Origin: Escherichia coli
GTDB lineage: Bacteria > Pseudomonadota > Gammaproteobacteria > Enterobacterales > Enterobacteriaceae
Direction: 5' to 3' (one strand)
Length of the DNA: 64,000 nt
Assembly: GCF_024700885.2 (NCBI RefSeq)
Contig: NZ_CP117016.1
Under the pieces are notes generated by a model. It made no database searches. It was given only the letters and a program-made list of their open reading frames with translations, and was not told the origin of the DNA. Positions 38,690 to 50,154 of the stretch are shown piece after piece. Within the stretch, counting starts at the first letter, position 1. Every line of letters starts with the position of its first letter. Position numbers and translations under genes: made by a program.

Positions 38690-38810
38690 AAATCGTCGAA
38701 TTCATATTTAATACGTTTTCTTACGCCGCTGAGCAACTTGAAAGCAGGAAAAGGATGTATATTTTAAATATCAGTGAAGTGAACAGTTTATTGCCGTTAT
38801 TAATAGAGAT
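38690..38810 (-). pseudogene. degraded duplicate of the rpmJ2 (ykgO) 3' end and ykgR
   Basis: Close nucleotide similarity to 57200-58160; ykgR-like frame disrupted by a deletion (C-terminal IVVFVAIVEYAYLFLHLY retained, N-terminus out of frame). Confidence 0.4.
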
Positions 38811-39079
38811 GGAGGAATAAATAGGCGTATTCTACTATTGCAACAAAAACAACGATAATGATCAGTTTTCATAATGAAGTAACCTGACAGATATAAAAAT
38901 GTTGATTGAGGCTAAATGCCCGGATGAAGGTTGTCGAGGGAGCCAGGTGGTTTTTTCTTTTGGGTGATCTCCATTGCTGGATAGTCCTCTCTTTCTCGCT
39001 CAAAGCAGACCCTGGAATTGAATGCAGAGGGACTACCTGACACAATTTTGCACAGTGAAGAGTCGGTCGTTATTAACGT

Positions 39080-39964
39080 TCAGATTTTCAATGTATCAAT
39101 GACCATCCGCAGGGCGGGGGAGACGTTGCGATGAGGGTAATAGAGAAACAATCCCTCCATTCGCAGGCTGTAACGCTGCAACACCCTGATAAGCTTACCG
39201 TGTTCTAAATCATCCGCGACCAGTTCAACAGGAACATAGGCCAATCCGAGGCCCAGCCGGGCTGCTTCTGCTTCCATATAGCTGTCGGATAAGGCCCATT
39301 GCCCTTCAGGGCGATGAGTGATTTTTTTATCATCCTGATTGAGTTCCCACTGGTATACGCTGCCGTCGGCAAACTGATAGGCGATACAGGGATGCGCCTT
39401 TAAATCCGCCGGGGTTTGCGGAAAACCATAGCGACGAAAATGTTCCGGAGTCCCCACAATTGCCATCTCCATATCGGGCGTGATGCGTACCGCGACCATA
39501 CCCTGGCCGACTTCAGGCCCCAGGCGGACACCTGCATCGAATCTTTCCTCGATGATATCGACGAACCGGCTCTCATTTATCAGTTCAAGCCGGATATCAG
39601 GATATCTCTGTTTAAATACCGCCAGCTTTGGCAGCAGGCATTTATCAATCGCGTGCTGGCTGGCATTGATACGCACCGTGCCGGAGGGCGTCTCTCGATA
39701 GTGCGCCAGCGTGGCAAGCCCAAGATCTAACATTTCAAATCCAGATGCCGTCTTCTGGTAGAGCTGCTCGCCTGCTTGTGTCAGCGACAGTTTACGCGTG
39801 GTGCGCACTAGCAGCTGGACGCCCAGCCTTTCTTCAAGCTCGCGAACAGAACGGCTGACTCCTGACTGAGCAAGACCCAGCCGCTGAGCCGCTGCGGTAA
39901 AGCTGCCTTCCCGCACCACCTGCATAAACAGGTACAGCTCGTTGTAGTTCTCCCTTTTCGCCAT
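39080..39964 (-). CDS. LysR-family transcriptional regulator
   Basis: 294 aa; N-terminal HTH (FTAAAQRLGLAQSGVSRSVRELEERLGVQLL) and LysR substrate-binding domain; divergent from the hydrolase gene. Confidence 0.85.
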   Translation of the reverse strand: MAKRENYNELYLFMQVVREGSFTAAAQRLGLAQSGVSRSVRELEERLGVQLLVRTTRKLSLTQAGEQLYQKTASGFEMLDLGLATLAHYRETPSGTVRINASQHAIDKCLLPKLAVFKQRYPDIRLELINESRFVDIIEERFDAGVRLGPEVGQGMVAVRITPDMEMAIVGTPEHFRRYGFPQTPADLKAHPCIAYQFADGSVYQWELNQDDKKITHRPEGQWALSDSYMEAEAARLGLGLAYVPVELVADDLEHGKLIRVLQRYSLRMEGLFLYYPHRNVSPALRMVIDTLKI

Positions 39965-40129
39965 TGAAACATCCCCCCTTCATGCCGGCAATCTCCGCAT
40001 TAATTTATAACAATATGGTATTAATCTTAGCATTAATCGCCCCCTAATCAGCACTAATTCTGCTCACTATAATGACCCCATCAAAGTAAAGCACCGCAGC
40101 GTTGTCCGTCGGAAACCTGTATCTCTCTG

Positions 40130-41279
40130 TTGTTTTTTATGGGGATTTTTATGAAAGCCTTCACCCGCACGCTAAAAACCGCGATGCCGACCATGCTGCT
40201 TTTCGCATCATTAAGTGGAGTCACGACAATGAGTTATGCTGATTCAACCAATCCTAATGCCCCTGTGTCCATGACAGATAAATGGGATAAAACGTTCGCC
40301 GAGAGCCAGAAAGTCGATCACCGTAAAGTCTCGTTCCCGAACCGATATGGCATCACCTTAGTGGGCGATCTTTACCTGCCTAAAGACCGTGGCGATCGCA
40401 AGCTGGCGGCGATTGCGGTCAGTGGGCCATTTGGCGCGGTGAAAGAGCAATCCAGCGGCTTGTATGCGCAGACGCTGGCGGAACGAGGGTTTGTTACCCT
40501 GGCGTTCGATCCTTCTTACACCGGGGAAAGCGGCGGCTATCCGCGAAACGTCGCCTCACCGGATATCAACACTGAAGATTTCAGCGCGGCGGTGGATTTC
40601 TTAGGGCTGCAAAAAGAGGTAGATCGCAACCGTATCGGGCTGCTCGGTATTTGTGGCTGGGGCGGCATGGCGCTGAACGACGTGGCGATGGATACCCGCG
40701 TTAAAGCGGTAGCTACCAGCGTGATGTATGACATGAGCCGGGCGATGGGTCATGGTGTGGGGGATGGCAAAGACCGTTATTCTACCGCCGACCGTCGTGC
40801 CGTTCTGCAATATCTGAATGAACAGCGCTGGAAGGATGCGCAGAGCGGAACGTTCGCTCACGGTGGTCATGATATTAATGTCGACAGCAACGGCAAGGTC
40901 AGTGCGGGCGAGCGCATTCTGCCAGAAACGCTGCCGGCAAATCCTCATCCGGTACTGAAAGAGTTCTTTGACTACTATCGCATGCCGCGCGGCTTCCACG
41001 AACGTTCCGTTAACTCTACCGGGGCGTGGACGGCAACGATGCCGCTGGAATATGCCGCTGTTGAGCTACGCCAGTGAAATCACCATCCCGACGCTGATTG
41101 TGACCGGTGAGAAAGCGCATTCACGCTATTTTGCTGAAGATGCTTACAAGGTGGTTGGCAGTAACGACAAAGAGCTGGTGGTGGTACCAGGGGCAAATCA
41201 CGTGGACCTGTACGATAACGTGGCCGGAAAAATACCTTTCGCGAAGTTCGAACAATTTTTCCAGACCAAACTGAAATAA
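40130..41279 (+). pseudogene. alpha/beta (dienelactone-type, Cys-nucleophile) hydrolase, frameshifted by a 13-bp duplication
   Basis: ORF 40130..41077 carries the N-terminal and core domain (GICGWGG elbow); the C-terminus with catalytic His (GANHVDLYD) continues in ORF 40968..41279 in another frame; tandem duplicate atgccgctg(gaat)atgccgctg at 41039-41060. Confidence 0.6.
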
Positions 41280-41354
41280 AACCTCTCCTGAATTGATGCA
41301 AAGCCACCGGCCATAGGCTGGTGGCTTTTATCCTGATCTTTGTGAAATTTCACT

Positions 41355-42548
41355 ATGTCGACACTAAGCCAAACACTATCACCTCATCATCAGCGCGCAT
41401 ACTGGGGCGGTATTTTTGCCATGACCCTGTGCGTGTTTGTGCTGATTGCTTCTGAATTTATGCCCGTCAGCCTGCTCACGCCGATTACCCGCGATTTAGG
41501 CGTGACGGAGGGGCTGGCAGGGCAGGGGATTGCTATCTCCGGCGCGCTGGCGGTTCTGACCAGCCTGACGCTTTCAACGCTAGCTGGAAAGATGAATCGT
41601 AAGTTCCTGCTGCTGGGGATGACGGTTCTGATGGCCGTATCGGGGCTTATTATTGCGCTGGCTTCCAGTTATCTGATGTATATGGTCGGTCGTGCGATGA
41701 TTGGTGTGGCTATTGGCGGATTCTGGTCGATGTCAGCGGCAACGGCGATTCGTCTGGTGCCGCAGCATCAGGTCACGCGTGCGCTGGCAATTTTCAACGC
41801 CGGTAATGCGCTGGCGACGGTCGTGGCCGCACCGCTGGGAAGCTATCTGGGGGCTACGGTCGGATGGCGAGGCGCTTTCTTGTGCCTGGTGCCCATCGCG
41901 GTTGTCGCCTTTATCTGGCAGTGCATCAGCCTGCCAAGCATGGATGCGAATAAAAGCCACACTTCATGTGGCGCGGTATTCCGCTTATTTAGCCGCCGCA
42001 TGGTTGTGGTCGGCATGATAGCCTGCTGCCTGTTTTTCATGGGGCAGTTTGCACTATTCACCTATGTGCGCCCGTTTCTGGAGTCGGTGACACGGGTTAA
42101 TTCCTTAGGCTTGTCGTTGATTTTGCTGATTATCGGCGTGGCCGGTTTTATTGGCACGCTGGTTGTTTCGGCATTTCTCAACAGAAAATTCTACCCCACG
42201 CTGATGGCCATACCCGGACTGATGGCCGTCATTGCTATCGGTCTGATGCTGACCGGGCATCACGTCTGGACGGTCTCGCTGCTGTTAGGACTCTGGGGCA
42301 TGCTGGCCACCGCCGCGCCAACCGGATGGTGGACATGGATTGCGCGTACGTTGCCTGACAACGCCGAAGCCGGAGGCGGGCTCATGGTCGCGGTGATTCA
42401 GCTCTCCATCGCCCTTGGATCAACAGCAGGAGGCATCGTATTTGACCGCCTTGGCTGGCAGAGCACGTTTGCTATGAGTAGCGTGCTGCTCCTTTGCGCT
42501 GGCGTACTGACCTTTGTTACCGCACGCCAGAAGGCCGGTGCGCTTTAG
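41355..42548 (+). CDS. MFS-family transporter
   Basis: 397 aa with 12 predicted TM helices. Confidence 0.85.
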   Translation: MSTLSQTLSPHHQRAYWGGIFAMTLCVFVLIASEFMPVSLLTPITRDLGVTEGLAGQGIAISGALAVLTSLTLSTLAGKMNRKFLLLGMTVLMAVSGLIIALASSYLMYMVGRAMIGVAIGGFWSMSAATAIRLVPQHQVTRALAIFNAGNALATVVAAPLGSYLGATVGWRGAFLCLVPIAVVAFIWQCISLPSMDANKSHTSCGAVFRLFSRRMVVVGMIACCLFFMGQFALFTYVRPFLESVTRVNSLGLSLILLIIGVAGFIGTLVVSAFLNRKFYPTLMAIPGLMAVIAIGLMLTGHHVWTVSLLLGLWGMLATAAPTGWWTWIARTLPDNAEAGGGLMVAVIQLSIALGSTAGGIVFDRLGWQSTFAMSSVLLLCAGVLTFVTARQKAGAL

Positions 42549-42727
42549 TCCGGCGAGGGCGCGCGTTGCTGAATAAGTTACACAAGGCGATGAGCGCCCA
42601 CTATGGGTTGGGTGCTCTTTTAAACGATTTAGGTGATTTTCTAAAACGGCTACTGCAGATTTTTCTCTTAATTTATGGGTATTTCCCCCGGAGGCGAGAA
42701 AGCGCTCTCCACGCCCGGCCGCAAGGA

Positions 42728-43684
42728 TCAGGACGACGGGGGCAGGCATGAATCCTCCTCCTGATGGAGACGTACAGAGGCGACTTCTGCCAGCACGGAG
42801 AGTGCCAGAGTATGCGCATCCCGGGCTTTGGGGAATATCCCGACGGGTGCCCGGATTTGCGCTGTCTCCTCCCTGGACCATCCCAGCTCGTGGAGCTTTT
42901 GCAGACGTAAAGTGTGGGTTCGATAGCTGCCCAATGCGCCGAGATAAAAGGGTTTTGCTTCTCGCGCGGCCTGCAACACTGGCAGCTCCCGGTTGAGATC
43001 ATGGCACAGCAAAATGACCGCCGTATCGGTATCGATCTGAGCGCTGGCTGAGGCCGGAAAAAGATCGAAGATATGGCTGTCATAGCCTGTGGCTGCTGCA
43101 AGACTCGCGGTTGCCTGCGCCTCAAGAGAACGTCCGTAAATCATCAGCCTGACGCATGGCCTGAACCCCACCTCAAAGCCATTGAGACTCCAGCCCGTCC
43201 GGGTTTGCGTGGGCAGGCACACCAGCGATTGAGCTTGCGGATCGTAGCGCAGACCCGCCGGTTTTCTCTGTTCCAGGCGGTTCAGCACGGCGAGCAGAGG
43301 CTGTGCCGAGCGTAGTTTATGGAGCGTCAGCGTGATCCCACCGCCGCAGGGCAGAACGATGTCAAACCACGGCGAACCTTCGCCATAGCGAACTTCGCGA
43401 TCGCGGCCTGAGCCCATCACCTCCAGCGCTTCAAAAGCGGCAGCGGCCTCCACGCAGCCGCCAGAGACAAAACCGCAGTAACGGCCATCTTCGCGCACCA
43501 CCATCTGCGCCCCGAGCGGGCGCGCCGCGCCGCCGCGTATCTCCACCAGCGTCACCAGCACCGCTCCTTTACCGGACATTAGCGCCTCTACGGCGAAGCG
43601 CAGAATGGTCCGGTGGTCATCGGTGAGAAACGCCTGCTCTGGCTTATGCCAGTGCTCGTCTTTATCAAAAAGCGAGTATGACAT
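42728..43684 (-). CDS. paoD: XdhC/CoxI-family molybdenum cofactor insertion chaperone
   Basis: 318 aa; last gene of the aldehyde oxidoreductase operon (yagQ position). Confidence 0.82.
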   Translation of the reverse strand: MSYSLFDKDEHWHKPEQAFLTDDHRTILRFAVEALMSGKGAVLVTLVEIRGGAARPLGAQMVVREDGRYCGFVSGGCVEAAAAFEALEVMGSGRDREVRYGEGSPWFDIVLPCGGGITLTLHKLRSAQPLLAVLNRLEQRKPAGLRYDPQAQSLVCLPTQTRTGWSLNGFEVGFRPCVRLMIYGRSLEAQATASLAAATGYDSHIFDLFPASASAQIDTDTAVILLCHDLNRELPVLQAAREAKPFYLGALGSYRTHTLRLQKLHELGWSREETAQIRAPVGIFPKARDAHTLALSVLAEVASVRLHQEEDSCLPPSS

Positions 43685-43693
43685 TGTTCCTCC

Positions 43694-45892
43694 TTAAACC
43701 ACATCCGGCAGTTTATCGAGCAGCTTATCCAGAGTGATGGGATAATCCCGTACCCGAATACCGGTGGCGTTATACACCGCGTTGGCGATAGCCGCGCTCA
43801 CGCCGCACAGGCCCAGCTCACCGACACCTTTGGCCTTCATCGGGGAGGAGATGGGGTCGGTATCATCCAGGAAAATCACCTCCTGTTTTGGGATATCCGC
43901 ATGAACCGGCACCTCATACCCCGCCATATCGTGATTAACGAAGTAGCCCAAACGGTCATCTACCGCCAGCTCCTCCATCAGTGCCGCGCCCATGCCCATA
44001 GTCATCGCGCCAATGACCTGGCTACGTGCAGTTTTCGGATTCAGGATGCGTCCTGCAGCACACACAGCGAGCATACGCCGGACCCGAACTTCTCCCGTCG
44101 CGCTATGCACGCCGACCTCCACAAAATGCCCGGCAAAGGTCGACTGCTGGTACTCCTTGCTCAGTGTTCCGAATTCAATGCTCTCTTCCGCTGTCAGTCT
44201 GCCGCCTGCGGTGGCCTCATGTAGCGTGGCGCTTCGGGTACCGTTGGTAATCTTGCCGTCGGCAAACTGCGACTGCTCAGGATCAAACCCGACTGCCGAG
44301 GCAATCATTTCGCGAAGTTTCACACAGGCGGCGTAAACGCCGGAGGTGGAGGTATTCGCGCCCCATTGTCCACCAGACCCCGCAGAAACCGGGAAACTGG
44401 AATCGCCGAGGTGAACCGCAACCTGCTCCAGCGGTACGCCAAGCATTTCCGCTGCCGTCTGGGCCAGAATGGTGTAGCTGCCAGTGCCAATATCGGTCAT
44501 GTCCGTTTCCACGGTAACGGTGCCGTTTTGTTCGAGATGAACCCGCGCACCCGATTTTTCCAGCAGATTATTGCGAAAGCCCGCCGCAACACCGTGGCCG
44601 ACTAGCCACTCCCCGTCGCGTACCTGTCCGGGTGTGGCGTTGCGCTGCTTCCAGCCAAATTTATCCGCTCCGGTGCGCAAGCACTCAATAAGCTGACGGC
44701 GAGAGAAGCGGCGCGTCGGGTCGGCGGGGTCAACCTGAGTGTCATTCAGGATGCGAAACTCGACGGGATCGATGCCCGCTTTTTCCGCCAGTTCATCGAT
44801 CGCGATTTCGAGCGCCATCAGACCGGGGGCTTCGCCGGGCGCACGCATGGCGTTCCCTTCCGGCAAATCAAGCGTGGCGAGCCGCAGGCCGGTATGACGA
44901 TTCGCCCCTGCGTAAAGAAATTCGCTTTGCTGTACCGCCGTTTCCGGCGTGCCGCCGGGCAGGTTTCCGGACCAGCTTTCATGTGAGATAGCAGTGATTT
45001 TCCCGCTCTGGTCGGCACCGATACGCAGGTGCTGAAGGGTGGCGGGGCGGTGCGTTGTGTTATTGGGAATAGTGGGGCGGGGGAGCATCACTTTAACCGG
45101 ACGTTTCACCGCACGGGCGGCGAGGGCCGCCAGCAGCGCATCGCTTCTCAGGAACAGCTTGCCGCCAAACCCTCCACCGATATACGGGGAGATAATACGC
45201 ACATTCTCCACGGGCACTTTCAGCGTTTTTGCCAGATCGGTGCGGCACCAGTCAATCATCTGATTTGAGGTCCAGAGGGTAAGCTTATTTCCATCCCAGA
45301 CGGCCATCGAGGCATGCGGCTCCATCGCCATATGGCTCTGGTCCGGGGTCGTGTAGGTAGCATCAATCTTCACCGCAGCGGAGGTGAAAGCCCCGTCAAA
45401 GTCACCAACATTTTTATCGGGCGTGTCTTCCGGCGGCTGACTGACGGCCTGTTTCTCGTCCGCCAGGGAGTAAGCTCCTTTATTACGGCGATAGTGCGCC
45501 TGCACCAGCGAGGCCGCCGCTCGTGCCTGTTCGAAGGTCTCGGCCACTACCAGCGCAATGGCCTGATGATAGTGCTCAATAGTGGGGCCGCCTAACAGCC
45601 TGGCGGTGTTTTTGTCGCCTTTGCCGAGCACCCCGGCGTTACTGGCGGTAATGACAGCCAGTACGCCCGGCGCTTTTTGCGCGGCGTCCGTATCGAGGGC
45701 GGTGAGGCATCCTTTGGCAATGGCGGAACCGACGATATAACCATAGGCGGCGTTGGGGGCTTCTTCATGCCATTCGTAGGCGTAGCGTGCCGTGCCGGTA
45801 GTTTTCAGCGGTCCGTCGATGCGGTCATGGGGACGACCGACAACCTTCAGCTGATCGATCGGGTTTTCCCCTGCGGGTTTATCAAATTTCAT
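43694..45892 (-). CDS. paoC: periplasmic aldehyde oxidoreductase, molybdopterin-binding large subunit
   Basis: 732 aa xanthine dehydrogenase-family Mo-binding subunit. Confidence 0.9.
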   Translation of the reverse strand: MKFDKPAGENPIDQLKVVGRPHDRIDGPLKTTGTARYAYEWHEEAPNAAYGYIVGSAIAKGCLTALDTDAAQKAPGVLAVITASNAGVLGKGDKNTARLLGGPTIEHYHQAIALVVAETFEQARAAASLVQAHYRRNKGAYSLADEKQAVSQPPEDTPDKNVGDFDGAFTSAAVKIDATYTTPDQSHMAMEPHASMAVWDGNKLTLWTSNQMIDWCRTDLAKTLKVPVENVRIISPYIGGGFGGKLFLRSDALLAALAARAVKRPVKVMLPRPTIPNNTTHRPATLQHLRIGADQSGKITAISHESWSGNLPGGTPETAVQQSEFLYAGANRHTGLRLATLDLPEGNAMRAPGEAPGLMALEIAIDELAEKAGIDPVEFRILNDTQVDPADPTRRFSRRQLIECLRTGADKFGWKQRNATPGQVRDGEWLVGHGVAAGFRNNLLEKSGARVHLEQNGTVTVETDMTDIGTGSYTILAQTAAEMLGVPLEQVAVHLGDSSFPVSAGSGGQWGANTSTSGVYAACVKLREMIASAVGFDPEQSQFADGKITNGTRSATLHEATAGGRLTAEESIEFGTLSKEYQQSTFAGHFVEVGVHSATGEVRVRRMLAVCAAGRILNPKTARSQVIGAMTMGMGAALMEELAVDDRLGYFVNHDMAGYEVPVHADIPKQEVIFLDDTDPISSPMKAKGVGELGLCGVSAAIANAVYNATGIRVRDYPITLDKLLDKLPDVV

Positions 45893-46845
45893 GCCTGTGC
45901 CCTCGCTTCAGCCAGTACGGAGGCAAGCGTTCGCTTCGCCAACAGGAGTTTAAAGGTGTTTTCAGCGGTGGGATGGGCGCTGGCGAACAGCGCGTCATAT
46001 ACGGCCTGCGCCCCCTGGGATAGCTGAGCATCCGCAGCCTCAATGCGCCAGGGCTTATGTGCTACTCCGCCCAGCGCGACGCGCCCGCTGCCGTCAGGCT
46101 GAATAATCGCTGCGACCGATACCAGGGCAAAGGCGTAGGAGGCGCGATCGCGCACCTTACGGTAAATATGTTTTCCGCCGAGCGGCGGAGGTAACGTCAC
46201 CGCAACGATAAGCTCACCGGGAAGCAGGGCGGTTTCAATGTGCGGCGTTTTTCCCGGAGGGTGATAAAAATCAGCCAGTGTGATACTGCGAGTCTTTCCC
46301 TCCGGCGTGATGGTTTCCACCACCGCATCCAGCAACCGCATTGCGACCGCCATATCGCTCGGATGGGTGGCAATGCAGGCTTCGCTTACGCCTACCACCG
46401 CGTGCTGACGGCTAAAGCCTTCAAGTGCCGCGCAGCCGCTCCCGGGCAGGCGCTTATTGCAGGGCTGATTGGTGTCGTAAAAATAGGGGCAGCGCGTGCG
46501 CTGGAGCAGATTACCTGCGGTGGTTGCCTGATTACGTAACTGACCAGACGCGCCAGCGAGCAGGGCGCGGGAGAGTACCGCGTAATCACGACGCACGCGC
46601 TCGTGAGCTGCCAGGTCGGTGTTCCGTACCAGTGCGCCGATGCGCAGCCCACCCGCGTCGGTCACTTCAATCTTATCGAGCCCGAGCCCGTTCACATCGA
46701 TAAGGTGGGTTGGCGTTTCAATTTCCAGCTTCATCAGGTCCAGCAGATTGGTCCCGCCCGCGATAAATTTTGCGCCGGGTACGCGCTGAGCGCTAAGTGC
46801 CGCCTCGGCCGGGGTGTTCACTCGTTCATAGGTAAACGCCTTCAT
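45889..46845 (-). CDS. paoB: periplasmic aldehyde oxidoreductase, FAD-binding subunit
   Basis: 318 aa FAD-binding (CO dehydrogenase medium-subunit-like) protein; 4-nt overlaps with neighbours. Confidence 0.88.
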   Translation of the reverse strand: MKAFTYERVNTPAEAALSAQRVPGAKFIAGGTNLLDLMKLEIETPTHLIDVNGLGLDKIEVTDAGGLRIGALVRNTDLAAHERVRRDYAVLSRALLAGASGQLRNQATTAGNLLQRTRCPYFYDTNQPCNKRLPGSGCAALEGFSRQHAVVGVSEACIATHPSDMAVAMRLLDAVVETITPEGKTRSITLADFYHPPGKTPHIETALLPGELIVAVTLPPPLGGKHIYRKVRDRASYAFALVSVAAIIQPDGSGRVALGGVAHKPWRIEAADAQLSQGAQAVYDALFASAHPTAENTFKLLLAKRTLASVLAEARAQA

Positions 46846-47531
46846 GATTTTATCTCCCCCGCAGCGTCTTCAATGGCGGCAAGGATGTTAGCGTATGCTC
46901 CACAGCGACAGATGTTGCCGCTCATACGTTCACGGATCTCATCGGCAGTTCTTTCTGGAGGGGAAACCAAATCGACCGTGACGTGACTGGGAATGCCGTC
47001 CTGAATCTCTTTTAGCACCGCTACTGATGAGCAAATTTGCCCGGAGGTGCAGTAGCCGCACTGGAAGCCATCATGCTTGATAAAGGCCGCCTGCATGGGG
47101 TGAAGATTCTCTGGTGAACCCAGGCCTTCAATGGTGGTGATCTCGGCCCCCTGATGCATGACTGCAAGCGTCAGGCAGGCATTAAGCCTGCGACCATTGA
47201 CCAGCACGGTACAGGCTCCGCACTGTCCGTGATCGCAACCTTTCTTGGTACCGAACAGATGCAGATTTTCACGCAAAGCGTCCAGTAGCGTGGTTCGGGT
47301 ATCCACCTCAAGCTGCTCGGTTTTGCCGTTCACCTTAAGTGTCAGGGGCATTATCTCTGGCGCGGGTGTAGCTGCCGGAACGCTTGCTGCAAGCGTAGAA
47401 TGAGGATAAACCACGGCGGTCGCCGCCGTTGCGGCGCTGACTTTAATCAGATCGCGACGGGTCAAACTAAAATCGTGCGGCTCGTGCTTCCCAACCCGAT
47501 TATCTTCGGGGTATTCGCCTTGGTTGCTCAT
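46842..47531 (-). CDS. paoA: periplasmic aldehyde oxidoreductase, [2Fe-2S] iron-sulfur subunit (Tat signal)
   Basis: 229 aa; twin-arginine signal ([18 protein letters not shown]) and 2Fe-2S cysteine motifs ([18 protein letters not shown]). Confidence 0.9.
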   Translation of the reverse strand: MSNQGEYPEDNRVGKHEPHDFSLTRRDLIKVSAATAATAVVYPHSTLAASVPAATPAPEIMPLTLKVNGKTEQLEVDTRTTLLDALRENLHLFGTKKGCDHGQCGACTVLVNGRRLNACLTLAVMHQGAEITTIEGLGSPENLHPMQAAFIKHDGFQCGYCTSGQICSSVAVLKEIQDGIPSHVTVDLVSPPERTADEIRERMSGNICRCGAYANILAAIEDAAGEIKS

Positions 47532-47937
47532 ACCAGGCCTCCGGTATTCTAAAGGGGAAAATAAGAGAGCGTTGCGAGAGTGCTGATGCTTTTTTAAACG
47601 TTAAGCATAGTCGGTGAGAGCAGGAGGATTATTCTTAAAACGCGAATGCAGCTATGAGCCCGGCTAATTAATTCATATTCGCCGATGACGGGAGCTCGTT
47701 TATTGCTTTAGTTGTGCGATGCAAAAACCGATAAGGAAACCTGTGATTGTCAGCTCTGCATCACCCTACAAATCTTTGTCACTTCTAACATAAAAATAGG
47801 GAGAAATGATGGTGCTTATATTCATTGGCGATTAGGAAACTATCTTGTTATACAAAACAATACAGTTCTTTACATTTGTCTTGTTTTATGAATACTCCTG
47901 AAGAGGTGTATAACATAATGGTACAAGCAGGGTAGAT

Positions 47938-48552
47938 ATGAATATATTTGAACAAACTCCACCGAACCGCAGACGTTATGGTCTTGCTGCATTCATTGGG
48001 CTGATTGCTGGCGTTGTTTCCGCATTTGTGAAGTGGGGGGCTGAAGTTCCATTGCCGCCACGTAGCCCGGTGGATATGTTTAATGCAGCGTGTGGCCCGG
48101 AATCATTAATCAGGGCTGCTGGGCAAATTGATTGCTCCCGTAATTTTCTCAATCCTCCGTATGTTTTTCTTCGAGACTGGCTAGGGCTGACAGATCCCAA
48201 TGCGGCTGTTTATACCTTTGCCGGGCATGTCTTTAACTGGGTTGGCGTTACGCACATTATCTTTTCGATAGTGTTTGCTGTCGGTTATTGTGTGGTTGCT
48301 GAAGTATTTCCAAAAATTAAACTCTGGCAGGGCTTACTGGCAGGTGCTTTAGCCCAACTTTTTGTTCATATGATTTCATTCCCTCTCATGGGACTGACGC
48401 CACCTCTGTTTGATCTCCCGTGGTATGAGAATGTTTCTGAAATTTTTGGACATTTAGTCTGGTTCTGGTCCATTGAAATTATTCGCAGAGATTTACGAAA
48501 CAGAATTACTCATGAGCCAGACCCTGAGATCCCTTTAGGCTCAAACAGATAA
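47938..48552 (+). CDS. yagU: inner-membrane protein YagU (DUF1440 family)
   Basis: 204 aa, three to four TM helices; position between pao and ykgJ. Confidence 0.82.
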   Translation: MNIFEQTPPNRRRYGLAAFIGLIAGVVSAFVKWGAEVPLPPRSPVDMFNAACGPESLIRAAGQIDCSRNFLNPPYVFLRDWLGLTDPNAAVYTFAGHVFNWVGVTHIIFSIVFAVGYCVVAEVFPKIKLWQGLLAGALAQLFVHMISFPLMGLTPPLFDLPWYENVSEIFGHLVWFWSIEIIRRDLRNRITHEPDPEIPLGSNR

Positions 48553-48800
48553 TGCATTGAATAATAAAAATGGCGCAAATGCAGCGCCATTTTTATAGGT
48601 TAAAAACATTGCTTTTTACTTTCTGAAGCAGATAGCCAGTGAGTACATCGCGCTACTTCAGGATGCTGTAGATCCGGAGAACACTATAGAGGAAGATGCA
48701 TTGTTGCTGGCAGATGGAAGAAGTTTCGGGTTTTGTTATCCCTGAAAAACGAAGCCCCGCGGTTATAGCTGGCGGGGCAGTGCAATTAATTATTGCATAT

Positions 48801-49130
48801 TTATAACGGTGTCAGCCCGTATTTAGCTCTTGCACGATTGCAAGCCTCATTGACGACTCCGTTCTCACCAGACATGGCGAATTCTCTGCACGTGGACGAT
48901 CGATTTTTATATATCGTGCAGCAGGCATTTTTGCCCGGTGTTCCTGCAAGGGCAATACATCGGGGGTTTTTCTGATTGGTACCGCTCATGCATCGGTGAA
49001 AAGGGGATATTTGTTCAGTGAGCCTGGCGGGAATGGTACCGCCAGCATCGTCGGCTTCGGCCCAGTAAAAAGAGACGCGGAAAAATGCACAACAGGCACC
49101 ACACGTCATGCATGGATTCAGATTGCTCAT
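48801..49130 (-). CDS. ykgJ: YkgJ-family zinc/iron-chelating cysteine cluster protein
   Basis: 109 aa with CxxC clusters ([21 protein letters not shown]). Confidence 0.8.
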
Positions 49131-49443
49131 AATTCACCAGTACAGCTATAAATCGTAAAGAGAACAACGGTACATCGTATGTAAGAACGTACCGCGGTTG
49201 GCTGGGGAACTTTCGATAGTGTGAGTATTGAATGATTTCCAGCCGTTACCGATTTTACGTACTAATTCGTGAATAAACCACTCGTTAGCAGGCTGCCTGG
49301 TACCTTTCCGTGTCTCCTGAACACTATGGTGTACATATGAGAAAGCCCATCGTTACAGGTGACATTGACGATCGCTTCCACATCATTTAATCGATTATTT
49401 GAGTCTCTGAGGTGGAATTCTTCCCTCGTCCGATGGATAAGTC

Positions 49444-50154
49444 TTAGTCCGCCGAAGGGGGCTTAGCAGGACAGGAATCGCTAATCTTAATGAATTTGTC
49501 GTTATAGACCAGATAATGATTCCCCGGCTGACGTAACTCAGGCTGATGAACCACGTCTCCCGGACGTAGATACCAGGCGTCGCCTTCCTCTTCGGTCGAA
49601 TCACATCCTGGTTTAATCAGTAGCTTAAACCACGTGTTGCCGGTGTTACTTACCGTTCCTTTCACCTGGTCGAAGGACCATCTAAACTGAACCTGACGAG
49701 GTCGTACTACCAGAATGGTATCCATCACCACCACCGGCTCCGTGCTGACCTCGCCGCCGGTCGGGCTACGTCTTGTCTGGTTGCGAGTGGGGACCTCGCG
49801 AAATGAGACCCGGTAGTAGCGCTCGCGGTTATCCCGTGGACCATGATAGTAAAATTTAAAATACTCGCTCTCACCAGCCTGCAACGCCAGCTGGCGGGGG
49901 GCGAAAAGCAGTTCACCATCCACCGGTCGGGTGCGCAATTCACTGCTGCCCGGGCTATCGATAGCACTGATGGCAATACGGTATATCCGTGCGCTTTTGT
50001 TGTTATTCACTACACGTTTGCTGACAAAGTCAGTCTCGGACGGCAGCGAAAATGTCAGATTGCCGACCGAAATCGCCTGTGTCAAAGGTGCCGCTAGCAT
50101 ACAGACCACTGTCAGCAGGGCCTTAGTTAATGTTACGCCACGTCGCCTGAACAT
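49444..50154 (-). CDS. ecpE: E. coli common pilus chaperone EcpE
   Basis: ORF 49444..50199; start trimmed to [14 protein letters not shown] (signal peptide); last gene of the ecp operon, overlapping the ecpD 3' end. Confidence 0.78.
   Translation of the reverse strand: MFRRRGVTLTKALLTVVCMLAAPLTQAISVGNLTFSLPSETDFVSKRVVNNNKSARIYRIAISAIDSPGSSELRTRPVDGELLFAPRQLALQAGESEYFKFYYHGPRDNRERYYRVSFREVPTRNQTRRSPTGGEVSTEPVVVMDTILVVRPRQVQFRWSFDQVKGTVSNTGNTWFKLLIKPGCDSTEEEGDAWYLRPGDVVHQPELRQPGNHYLVYNDKFIKISDSCPAKPPSAD

Noticed and set aside
40968-41279. 103-aa ORF as an independent gene
   Set aside because: It is the C-terminal part of the frameshifted hydrolase (contains the catalytic His region) rather than a separate gene.
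42420-43125. ORFs overlapping the paoD 3' region and upstream intergenic
   Set aside because: Overlap a well-supported gene on the same or opposite strand; no independent support.
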